DNA of 32,000 bases. Source: an uncultured Opitutales bacterium. GTDB taxonomy: Bacteria > Verrucomicrobiota > Verrucomicrobiia > Opitutales > Intestinicryptomonadaceae. Location of the stretch: the NCBI GenBank assembly GCA_934613415.1, contig CAKTSY010000003.1:270001-302000 (forward strand). The letters run 5' to 3'. Below, piece after piece: positions 25,921-32,000 of this stretch. The position numbers and the translations under genes are program-made. Each line of letters begins with the position of its first letter. Position 1 is the stretch's first letter. The notes beneath the pieces were generated by a model. It saw nothing but the letters and a program-made list of their open reading frames with translations, ran no database searches and was not told the DNA's origin.

Positions 25921-26559
25921 TTATCTGCCAAACACTTCAACTTCTATGAAGTGGTTTGCGTCGTTCGACGTATTGCCGTTCGAATAAATACGGACAAAAC
26001 GAGCCTTAACGGGCTTTTCGGGAACGATAAGCTTGCCTTCGTTGGTTTGAACCCAGGGTCTGTCGTTGCCCTTGCCGAGCTTTGCGGAATTGTCGTTGTC
26101 GCAGTTAAAGAGGGTTTTTACGTCCTTTTTAAATTCGGCATCGTTAGAAACCTGAACGATAACGTCTTTATAGGCTCTTTCCTGACTGTGGTACAACCAC
26201 ATTGCAATACCGAAAATTTCGGATTCCTTTTCCAAGTCAATCTGAACCCACTGAACGCCGTTCATAAGTTCAACAAAGCTGCCTTCTGCCGCCGACTTGT
26301 CGCCGTCGGTTACCAATTCCAAGTCGCCAATTAGGGGGAAGTCGTCGGAGCTTGTAACTTTTTTGCCCTTGGCAATGTTCTTAACGTCGTTCGGAACCAT
26401 GGGGGTTGGGTTTACAACCTTAGTTTCGAGATTTTCCAATTTAATGGGAGCGGGAGTGCCCACCAACTGCGCGGGGGGAATTTCCAGCACCAATTTTTTG
26501 TCGGCAAAAGCCGAGAAAGCCAATGTTAAAGCCAATACGGCCAATAATGATTTTTTCAT
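25921..26559 (-). CDS. Secreted discoidin (F5/8 type C / CBM32-like) domain protein
   Basis: The Sec signal peptide is MKKSLLAVLALTLAFSAFA|DKK. The C-terminal ~140 aa look like a galactose-binding-domain-like fold (VTSSDDF...LVTDGDK...WVQIDLEKESEIFGIAMW...ARFVRIY...IEVEVFG). AAGGA/AGGA RBS-like sequence lies upstream. Confidence 0.72.
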   Translation of the reverse strand: MKKSLLAVLALTLAFSAFADKKLVLEIPPAQLVGTPAPIKLENLETKVVNPTPMVPNDVKNIAKGKKVTSSDDFPLIGDLELVTDGDKSAAEGSFVELMNGVQWVQIDLEKESEIFGIAMWLYHSQERAYKDVIVQVSNDAEFKKDVKTLFNCDNDNSAKLGKGNDRPWVQTNEGKLIVPEKPVKARFVRIYSNGNTSNDANHFIEVEVFGR

Positions 26560-26592
26560 ATTCCTATTTTCCTTTAAAATTTATTTTTAATT

Positions 26593-27918
26593 TTAGCTTA
26601 CAATGAAGTCGGAATCTTCAAACTTCAAGGTTTTTTGAGCTTCGATAGCTTGTACTACCTTGTAAACAACCGCTTCGCGTTCGTATGCGTGCGCGCCGTC
26701 GCAATTTAGGGCGCACTTGCCGCGAACTGCGTCGAAGAAGTTTTGCAAGTGGTACATATGCGGGGGCAAGTCGAGGGTTTTGGGCATTTCGTATGCAACC
26801 AAAGCCTTTGTTTCGCGGGCGTCCTTAATTGCGACAGGTGTCGAAGGAGCCGACGAATTTTTCAACACGCCTTCGTCTATATAGTGCTTCCAGTCGGGAG
26901 CGTTGTTTTCCCTAAAGATTTTTATAAGGGCGGGGTTTTCCGACATCTTAATTGCGCCTTCGTCGCCCATAAACTGTTCAAAGTAGCCGCCGCCTGCGCT
27001 TGTTGCAGTAAGCACTTGGTAGAACGCCTTTGCGGTATGCTTTTGGAATGTGTTGTAGTTAATAATGCACATTACATTGTCGTACCAAGGCTTGTTGTAG
27101 TAGTTGGTGTCGCCCGAAGCCAAAACGTCTATGGGCTTGCCGCCGAAGAACCAACCAAAAATGTCGAGCTGGTGTGCGCCCAAGTCGCTGATTGGGCCGC
27201 CGCCTTTGCCTTTATACCAACGCCAGTTCATAAACATGTGTTCGTCTTCAAAGCCGTATCTTTTAATAACGTCTAGCGAAACACCACCTTTTTTGGGCAT
27301 TACCAAGTCTTTCGAAGCCGCCCTGTTCCACTGGCCGTTTGCGTTTACCAATCTGCCGCAAATGTTCTTTTGGCGTATTAGTATGTCGCGCGCATAGTGG
27401 TAGAGGGGGTTTGAAGTGCGCTGGTGTCCAATCTGCAAAAGCTTGCCGCTTTTGCGCTGGGCTCTAACCATGTCGGCGGCCTTTTCTTTACTTTCGGCCA
27501 TCATCTTTTCGCAGTATACGTTAACTCCTGCTTTCAAAAAGTCGCAAGTTTGCGGGCTGTGCCAAAAGTCGGGAGTGGCAATAACTACGGCGTCCAAATC
27601 CTTTTCTTTGGCGATAAGGTCTTCGTAGTTTTCGTACATCTTGGGCATATCCTTTTGCTTTGTGCGCGATTTTGCGTACGCTGCGCCAAAGCGGCAGTGT
27701 GCAGGCCAAATATCGCAAACTGCTCTAAAATGAAGCCCTGGAATTTTTACCATGCTTTCTAGCAAAACTTTGCCTTCGGCGCCAACGCCTACTACTGCAA
27801 TGTTAAGCTTGTCGTTTGCCGAAACCTTGTTCTGCGCCGATGCAAAGCCCGGAGCCATAACAAGGCCTGCGCCCAAAGCCATATTCTTTATAAAGTCTCT
27901 TCTGTTTATTTCGCTCAT
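26593..27918 (-). CDS. Tat-exported Gfo/Idh/MocA-family NAD(P)-dependent oxidoreductase
   Basis: The twin-arginine signal is MSEINRRDFIKNMALGAGLVMAPGFASA|Q. The Rossmann motif is LNIAVVGVGAEGK, and the EKM motif (VYCEKMMA) is typical of the family. The protein is 441 aa, a length similar to GH109-type and periplasmic glycoside-3-dehydrogenase-type members. Confidence 0.9.
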   Translation of the reverse strand: MSEINRRDFIKNMALGAGLVMAPGFASAQNKVSANDKLNIAVVGVGAEGKVLLESMVKIPGLHFRAVCDIWPAHCRFGAAYAKSRTKQKDMPKMYENYEDLIAKEKDLDAVVIATPDFWHSPQTCDFLKAGVNVYCEKMMAESKEKAADMVRAQRKSGKLLQIGHQRTSNPLYHYARDILIRQKNICGRLVNANGQWNRAASKDLVMPKKGGVSLDVIKRYGFEDEHMFMNWRWYKGKGGGPISDLGAHQLDIFGWFFGGKPIDVLASGDTNYYNKPWYDNVMCIINYNTFQKHTAKAFYQVLTATSAGGGYFEQFMGDEGAIKMSENPALIKIFRENNAPDWKHYIDEGVLKNSSAPSTPVAIKDARETKALVAYEMPKTLDLPPHMYHLQNFFDAVRGKCALNCDGAHAYEREAVVYKVVQAIEAQKTLKFEDSDFIVS

Positions 27919-27953
27919 CTTAATATGTATTTAAAAAGGTTAAACGCAAATTG

Positions 27954-28526
27954 TTAGTCTTTGTTGCACGAGCAGCATTTGCCGCACAATCTTTTGCAGG
28001 GCAACAATTCAAACTTGTTGTAGTCTGCCAAAAGCAATGCGCCGACAATCATAATCATATGCACGCCCAAGTAGGCTACGCCAGCCGCGCTTGCGTTGCC
28101 CAAACCGGGTTCCAAAATAATGAAGCCGAATGTAAGCGATACATAAAGCAAGCCCATAACAAACAACGACAACCTTGTGCAAATGCCCAAAAGTGTTGTA
28201 ACACCCAACGCTATAAGCGCGTAGCCCAAAACCGAGCAGTAGGGCCCAACCATAAACGAGGGCATAAAGGGGCTGTTCGAAAAGCTTTCGGCACTCATCG
28301 GACCCGAGGGGGGCAAAGCGTGGTAAAAGCGAAAGCCCAATGCGTTTACGGTTTCGCCCGCGCCGCCGTCGAGCAATGCTTTAATGTCTTCGGGCGAAAG
28401 GCCTTCGGTGTCTTTTACAACCTTTTCGGTTCCCTGAAATTTTACCAAGCCGGTGTAAAGAGCCCTTACGCCGAGCCATATTCTAAGAAGCCAAAAGGCC
28501 ATTGTGTATGTTATGTTCGATTTCAT
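27954..28526 (-). CDS. DoxX-like four-TM membrane protein with a Cys-rich C-terminal tail
   Basis: I used the internal ATG (complement of 28524-28526), which is preceded by AGGAGG (complement of 28541-28546). The product is MKSNITYTMAFWLLRIWLGVRALYTGLVKF... with four hydrophobic segments, ending ...LLPCKRLCGKCCSCNKD. The tracked longer ORF would overlap the upstream TIM-barrel gene. Confidence 0.68.
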   Translation of the reverse strand: MKSNITYTMAFWLLRIWLGVRALYTGLVKFQGTEKVVKDTEGLSPEDIKALLDGGAGETVNALGFRFYHALPPSGPMSAESFSNSPFMPSFMVGPYCSVLGYALIALGVTTLLGICTRLSLFVMGLLYVSLTFGFIILEPGLGNASAAGVAYLGVHMIMIVGALLLADYNKFELLPCKRLCGKCCSCNKD

Positions 28527-28584
28527 ATTATTTTGTTGTTTCCTCCTGATTTTACAAAAAAGGTTTTTTAGATTGTATTTTTTA

Positions 28585-29625
28585 CTATTGGTTTTTCTTG
28601 TCGAAGGCCGAGTCGAAGGCAATATCGCTAGAGGGAAAGTCGAACGACTTTACCAACTGGCACGATTCCGTTGCCCCGTGAACTCTGTCCATACGGCCGT
28701 CTTCCCATTCAACCGAAAGCGGGCCCTTATATTTAATGTCGTTAAGGGCAACAATGATTTCCTCGAATTTTACATCGCCGTGGCCGATGGAGCGGAAGTC
28801 CCAATAGCGGCGCGGATCGCAAAAGTCTGTATGACCGCCGAAAACGCCCGCTTCGCCCGTGCCGTGGCCAAACCATACGTCCTTCATATGAACGTGGAAA
28901 ATTCTGTCGGCAAATTTGCGGATAAATTTTACATAGTCTACACCCTGATAGGCAAAGTGCGAAGGGTCGAAATTAAAGCCGAAACGCTTGTGGCATTTTA
29001 CCGCCTGCAACGCCCTTTCGGCCGAAGCTATATCGAATGCGATTTCGGTGGGGTGAACTTCAAGCGCAAAGTTTACGCCCTGCTTGTCGAAAGCATTCAA
29101 AATGGGGATAAAGCGTTTTGCAAAGTCGGCGTAGCCGTCGGCAATCATCTGCTTTGTAACGGGCGGGAAAGAATACATATACTGCCAAATAGAAGAGCCC
29201 GTAAAGCCCGTAACAGTGGGCGCAATGGGCGAAGCTTCTAGAGACTTGGGGCGCATTGCCATAAATGTTTTGCAAACTTTTGCCGTGCGCACCATTTCGG
29301 CCGCCGCGCGCTTGCGCACGCCCTCGGGGTTGCCGTCGCCCCAAATTCTTTCGGAAATCATCGACTTGTGGCGCAAGTCTATATTGTCGCATACGCACTG
29401 ACCTACCAAGTGGTTCGACAACGCAAAGCAATTCAAGCCGTTGTCTGCCAAAATTTCCCAACGGTTTTTAAGGTACTTTTTGTCGTCCATCTTTTCGGGG
29501 TCGAAGTGGTTTTGGGTTATGGCTATTTCCAAGCCTTCATAGCCCATTTCCCTTGCAAGAGGAGCTAAGTCTTCAAGTTTCATATCGGCCCACTGGCCCG
29601 TAAATATAGTTAACGGTCTTGCCAT
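28585..29625 (-). CDS. Xylose-isomerase-like TIM-barrel protein (sugar phosphate isomerase/epimerase family), cytoplasmic
   Basis: The 346-aa ORF has no signal peptide. It reads [35 protein letters not shown]...ALEVHP...FNFDPSH...HVHMKD...SVEWED, which is the metal-ligand-like E/D/H/E pattern of the AP-endonuclease-2 / xylose isomerase-like fold. Confidence 0.85.
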   Translation of the reverse strand: MARPLTIFTGQWADMKLEDLAPLAREMGYEGLEIAITQNHFDPEKMDDKKYLKNRWEILADNGLNCFALSNHLVGQCVCDNIDLRHKSMISERIWGDGNPEGVRKRAAAEMVRTAKVCKTFMAMRPKSLEASPIAPTVTGFTGSSIWQYMYSFPPVTKQMIADGYADFAKRFIPILNAFDKQGVNFALEVHPTEIAFDIASAERALQAVKCHKRFGFNFDPSHFAYQGVDYVKFIRKFADRIFHVHMKDVWFGHGTGEAGVFGGHTDFCDPRRYWDFRSIGHGDVKFEEIIVALNDIKYKGPLSVEWEDGRMDRVHGATESCQLVKSFDFPSSDIAFDSAFDKKNQ

Positions 29626-29827
29626 ATCGCGCAGTCTTTCTTTATATGTTAATTAAAATGTTTTCTGTAAAAGATACGCATTAAAACTAGCAAAAATACC
29701 TCTTATTTGTCAAATTCTTTTCGCTAAAATTCGCACAGGGCACGTCTGTTAAGCTTGTCTTAGTTTTTTGTTGATTTATAAAAGCGCATACGACAAAATT
29801 GAACAATAATTTCAAAAAAGGAAAAAC

Positions 29828-30160
29828 GTGGAAATATCTAAAGAGCAAATAAACGACGTAACCGTACTTTCGCCCAAGGGCAAATTAAACGTAACAACGG
29901 TTGCAGACCTCGAAAAAGAATTTGAAAAATGCTTCAACGACGGCGTAAAAAAGCTTGTTGTAGACTGCCTTGAACTTGAATACATAAGCAGCGCGGGTTT
30001 AAGAGCCTTGTTGGCGGCGGCAAAACAGCTTAAAAAATCGAACGGCACAATAGTTTTGTCGAGCCTTAGCGCAAACGTAAAGCAGGTTTTCGAAATCTCG
30101 GGCTTTACAAGCATATTCCCCATCCACGCGTCTAAAGACGAAGCGGTAAAGTCGTTTTAA
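29828..30160 (+). CDS. STAS-domain anti-sigma-factor antagonist (SpoIIAA/RsbV-like), standalone
   Basis: It starts at a GTG 7 nt after AAGGA. The 110-aa product contains VLSPKGKLNVTTVADLEKEF...VVDCLELEYISSAGLRALLAAAKQLKKSNGTIVLSSLSANVKQVFEISGF, including the phosphorylatable-Ser context (ISSAGL). Confidence 0.85.
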   Translation: MEISKEQINDVTVLSPKGKLNVTTVADLEKEFEKCFNDGVKKLVVDCLELEYISSAGLRALLAAAKQLKKSNGTIVLSSLSANVKQVFEISGFTSIFPIHASKDEAVKSF

Positions 30161-30268
30161 CGGCTAAAAAATTTATTCTTTGCGGCACACTGCGGCGAAT
30201 TTGCCGCTTTGCGCTTTGTGTACGCGTAAAATGCGCCAAAAAATTTTAATCTACAAATTTATAAATAT

Positions 30269-31759
30269 ATGGCAGAAAAAACAGCTATTACCCCCACTAG
30301 GGCGCAAGACTATCCCGAATGGTACCAACAGGTTATAAAGGCCTCTCAGTTGGCGGAAACTAGCCCCGTAAGAGGCTGTATGGTAATTAAGCCCAACGGC
30401 TACGCCCTTTGGGAAAATATGCAAAAGGCTCTCGACAAAGCCTTTAAAGACACGGGGCACAAAAACGCGTATTTCCCCCTGTTTATTCCCGTAAGCTTTT
30501 TGCAAAAAGAAGCCGAACACGTAGAGGGCTTTGCAAAGGAATGCGCCGTTGTAACACATTCCAAACTTGAAATGAAAGACGGCAAGCTCGTTCCAGCCTC
30601 GCCGTTGGAAGAGCCTTTGATTGTGCGCCCCACTTCCGAAACCATTATCGGCGAGATGTATTCTAGATGGGTGCAGTCGTATAGAGACTTGCCCATTTTG
30701 ATAAACCAGTGGGCAAATGTTGTAAGGTGGGAAATGCGCACGCGCCTGTTTTTGCGCACGGCCGAATTTTTGTGGCAGGAGGGCCATACCGCACACGCCA
30801 CCAAGCAGGAGGCAATAGAAGAAACCGAAAAAATGCTTAAAGTTTACGCCGACTTTGCCAAAAACTACATGGCAATGCCCGTAATTTGCGGTCAAAAAAC
30901 CGAGGGCGAAAAATTCCCCGGGGCGGTTCACACCTACTGCATAGAGGCAATGATGCAAGACGGCAAGGCTCTTCAAGCTGGAACTTCGCACTTTCTGGGG
31001 CAAAACTTTGCAAAGGCAAGCAACATAAAGTTTTTGGCCGAAAGCGGCAAAACCGAGTTTGCGTGGACTACCTCGTGGGGCGTTTCGACAAGGCTTATAG
31101 GCGGGCTTATAATGACACATTCCGACGACAACGGTTTGGTGCTGCCGCCAATGCTTGCCCCCGTTCACGTTGTTATAATTCCCGTAATCCACAAAGAGCA
31201 GGACAAAGCCGCGGTTATGGACTATTGCCAAAAGCTAAAGGAGGCACTGCAAAACGAAAAATTCGACAACAAACCCATTTCGGTAGAGCTAGACGCGCGC
31301 GATATGCGCGGCGGCGAAAAGAACTGGTATTGGGTAAAATGCGGCGTTCCCCTTAGGGTAGAAGTTGGCCCGCGCGACATTGCAAACGATTCGGTATTTG
31401 TAGGCCGCAGAGACTGCGACAAAAAGCAGGCGTTTAAGCGCGGCGAATTTGTGCAAAATGTTTCGGCAACCCTAAGCGAAATGCAAAACGGCCTATACGA
31501 AAGGGCACTAAAGAGACTGCACGACAACACAAAGGTTATAACAAGCAAAGAAGATTTTTACGACTACTTTGCTGACGGCAGGCCCTGCGGCTTTGCGCTG
31601 GCGCACTACAACGGCTCGGCCGAGGTAGAAGATATGCTTAGAAAAGACCTTAAAGTTACGGTGCGCTGCATACCTTTCGAGGGCGACAAAAGCGAGGGAA
31701 CTTGCATATTTACAGGCCAGCCTAGCAAGCAGATGGTTGTTTTTGCAAAATCGTACTAA
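30269..31759 (+). CDS. proS: Proline--tRNA ligase, archaeal/eukaryote-like type (no INS editing insertion; C-terminal extension ending in Tyr)
   Basis: The 496-aa ORF reads MAEKTAITPTRAQDYPEWYQQVIKASQLAE.SPVRGCMVIKPNGYALWENMQ.... It has class II motifs (RPTSET, FLRTAEFLWQEGHTAH, GTSHFLGQNF) and the terminus ...VVFAKSY typical of this ProRS subtype. Confidence 0.95.
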   Translation: MAEKTAITPTRAQDYPEWYQQVIKASQLAETSPVRGCMVIKPNGYALWENMQKALDKAFKDTGHKNAYFPLFIPVSFLQKEAEHVEGFAKECAVVTHSKLEMKDGKLVPASPLEEPLIVRPTSETIIGEMYSRWVQSYRDLPILINQWANVVRWEMRTRLFLRTAEFLWQEGHTAHATKQEAIEETEKMLKVYADFAKNYMAMPVICGQKTEGEKFPGAVHTYCIEAMMQDGKALQAGTSHFLGQNFAKASNIKFLAESGKTEFAWTTSWGVSTRLIGGLIMTHSDDNGLVLPPMLAPVHVVIIPVIHKEQDKAAVMDYCQKLKEALQNEKFDNKPISVELDARDMRGGEKNWYWVKCGVPLRVEVGPRDIANDSVFVGRRDCDKKQAFKRGEFVQNVSATLSEMQNGLYERALKRLHDNTKVITSKEDFYDYFADGRPCGFALAHYNGSAEVEDMLRKDLKVTVRCIPFEGDKSEGTCIFTGQPSKQMVVFAKSY

Positions 31760-31779
31760 ATTAAAAACAAAGCCCATTC

Positions 31780-31812
31780 AAAAAAAGCTCCCTTACGAGG
31801 GAGCTTTTTTGC
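31780..31812 (+). terminator. Rho-independent terminator of proS
   Basis: The sequence is AAAAAAA-GCTCCCT-tacg-AGGGAGC-TTTTTTGCGTTTTTT (stem 31787-31793 / 31798-31804). Confidence 0.82.
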
Positions 31813-31842
31813 GTTTTTTCAAAGTTGCATTTAAAAGAAATT

Positions 31843-31888
31843 AAAAAAAACAAAAAGCCCGCAGTTTTTTTGCGGGCTTTGTTTTTTA
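31843..31888. terminator. Second hairpin terminator, best placed for the convergent minus-strand gene at the window end (T tracts on both sides)
   Basis: The stem is AGCCCGCA-gttttttt-TGCGGGCT (31856-31878). On the minus strand it is followed by UUUUUGUUUUUUUU, and on the plus strand by TTGTTTTTT. Confidence 0.65.
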
Positions 31889-31908
31889 TGAGAATAAAAA
31901 AGTGTTTT

Positions 31909-32000
31909 CTATTTTTTAACAATCTTTACAGCGACTCCGCCAAACTTTGCAAGGTTTAGCTTTAAAGTATCGCCCTTCTTTACGGCAAAGACTTTTTTGA
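31909..32000 (-). CDS. 3' end (last 29 codons plus stop) of an unidentified minus-strand gene that continues beyond the window
   Basis: My minus-strand translation is ...KKVFAVKKGDTLKLNLAKFGGVAVKIVKK*, with stop codon TAG at complement of 31909-31911. A good terminator lies immediately downstream on that strand. The fragment is too short to identify. Confidence 0.3.
   Translation of the reverse strand, partial: KKVFAVKKGDTLKLNLAKFGGVAVKIVKK

Noticed and set aside
25601-25987. ORFs of 89 aa (minus), 86 aa and 77 aa (plus) spanning the PNPOx upstream region and terminator
   Set aside because: They run through an A/T-rich repeat region and a terminator hairpin, or overlap better-supported genes. 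Their translations are Lys/Phe/Cys-rich and low-complexity.
28527-28622. Upstream extension of the DoxX-like ORF, overlapping the 3' end of the TIM-barrel gene
   Set aside because: The extension is highly basic and non-membrane-like. The internal ATG has an AGGAGG RBS and starts right at the first TM segment.
27951-29241. Plus-strand ORFs of 206 aa (27951-28571) and 245 aa (28504-29241), antisense to the DoxX-like and TIM-barrel genes
   Set aside because: The minus-strand genes have clear family signatures, RBSs and operon spacing. The plus-strand translations are compositionally odd (runs of A, Q, K and R) and lack starts with RBSs.
30251-31231. 326-aa minus-strand ORF antisense to proS
   Set aside because: It sits wholly inside the clearly identifiable prolyl-tRNA synthetase gene. 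It has no domain-like sequence, no RBS and no terminator of its own.
1-32000. Scan for CRISPR arrays, IS elements/transposases, integrases, phage or toxin-antitoxin/defence genes, and rRNA
   Set aside because: I found no regularly spaced direct repeats of 24-40 bp. There are no terminal inverted repeats flanking an ORF, no recombinase-, nuclease- or helicase-type accessory ORFs, and no rRNA-like sequence. The only repeats are the short intergenic motifs reported above.

Overview
This looks like a core chromosomal window from a Gram-negative bacterium, with moderate GC by eye. My best lineage guess is the PVC superphylum (Planctomycetota- or Lentisphaerota-like). That guess rests on an unusual EF-Tu switch-I sequence, a Tat-exported Gfo/Idh/MocA enzyme next to a xylose-isomerase-like TIM-barrel gene, and a small pilin-like membrane protein, and it needs a database search to confirm.

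Layout:
- Positions 1-14.8 kb carry the classic translation/transcription supercluster, all on the minus strand: tRNA-Thr, tuf, tRNA-Trp, secE, nusG, rplK, rplA, rplJ, rplL, rpoB, rpoC, rpsL, rpsG and fusA (truncated at the window edge).
- Next come a divergent orphan hisI-like gene, an RsmE-like SPOUT methyltransferase, a GH92 alpha-mannosidase lipoprotein, and dnaA translationally coupled to a small single-TM protein instead of dnaN.
- A 340-bp intergenic region follows, with three identical TTATTCACA DnaA-box-like 9-mers. I treat it as a candidate oriC; gene orientation diverges around it.
- To its right lie a CPBP intramembrane protease, trmB, kdsB (with an in-frame two-TM N-terminal extension), kdsD, a COG3963-type methyltransferase and a PNPOx/NimA-family protein.
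- Then comes a four-gene minus-strand operon: TIM barrel, DoxX-like membrane protein with a Cys-rich tail, Tat-exported Gfo/Idh/MocA oxidoreductase, and a secreted discoidin-domain protein.
- The window ends with an orphan STAS protein, an archaeal-type proS and the 3' end of one more gene.

I saw no rRNA, CRISPR array, transposase, integrase, phage or recognisable defence genes. I do not see compelling evidence for a wholly new multi-gene system. The least-explained items are the TIM-barrel/DoxX/oxidoreductase/discoidin operon, the dnaA-coupled small membrane protein, the membrane-anchored KdsB, the structured 207-nt rplJ-rplL spacer and the HisI-like protein with an altered metal motif. All functional calls come from reading the translations by eye; no database search was run.
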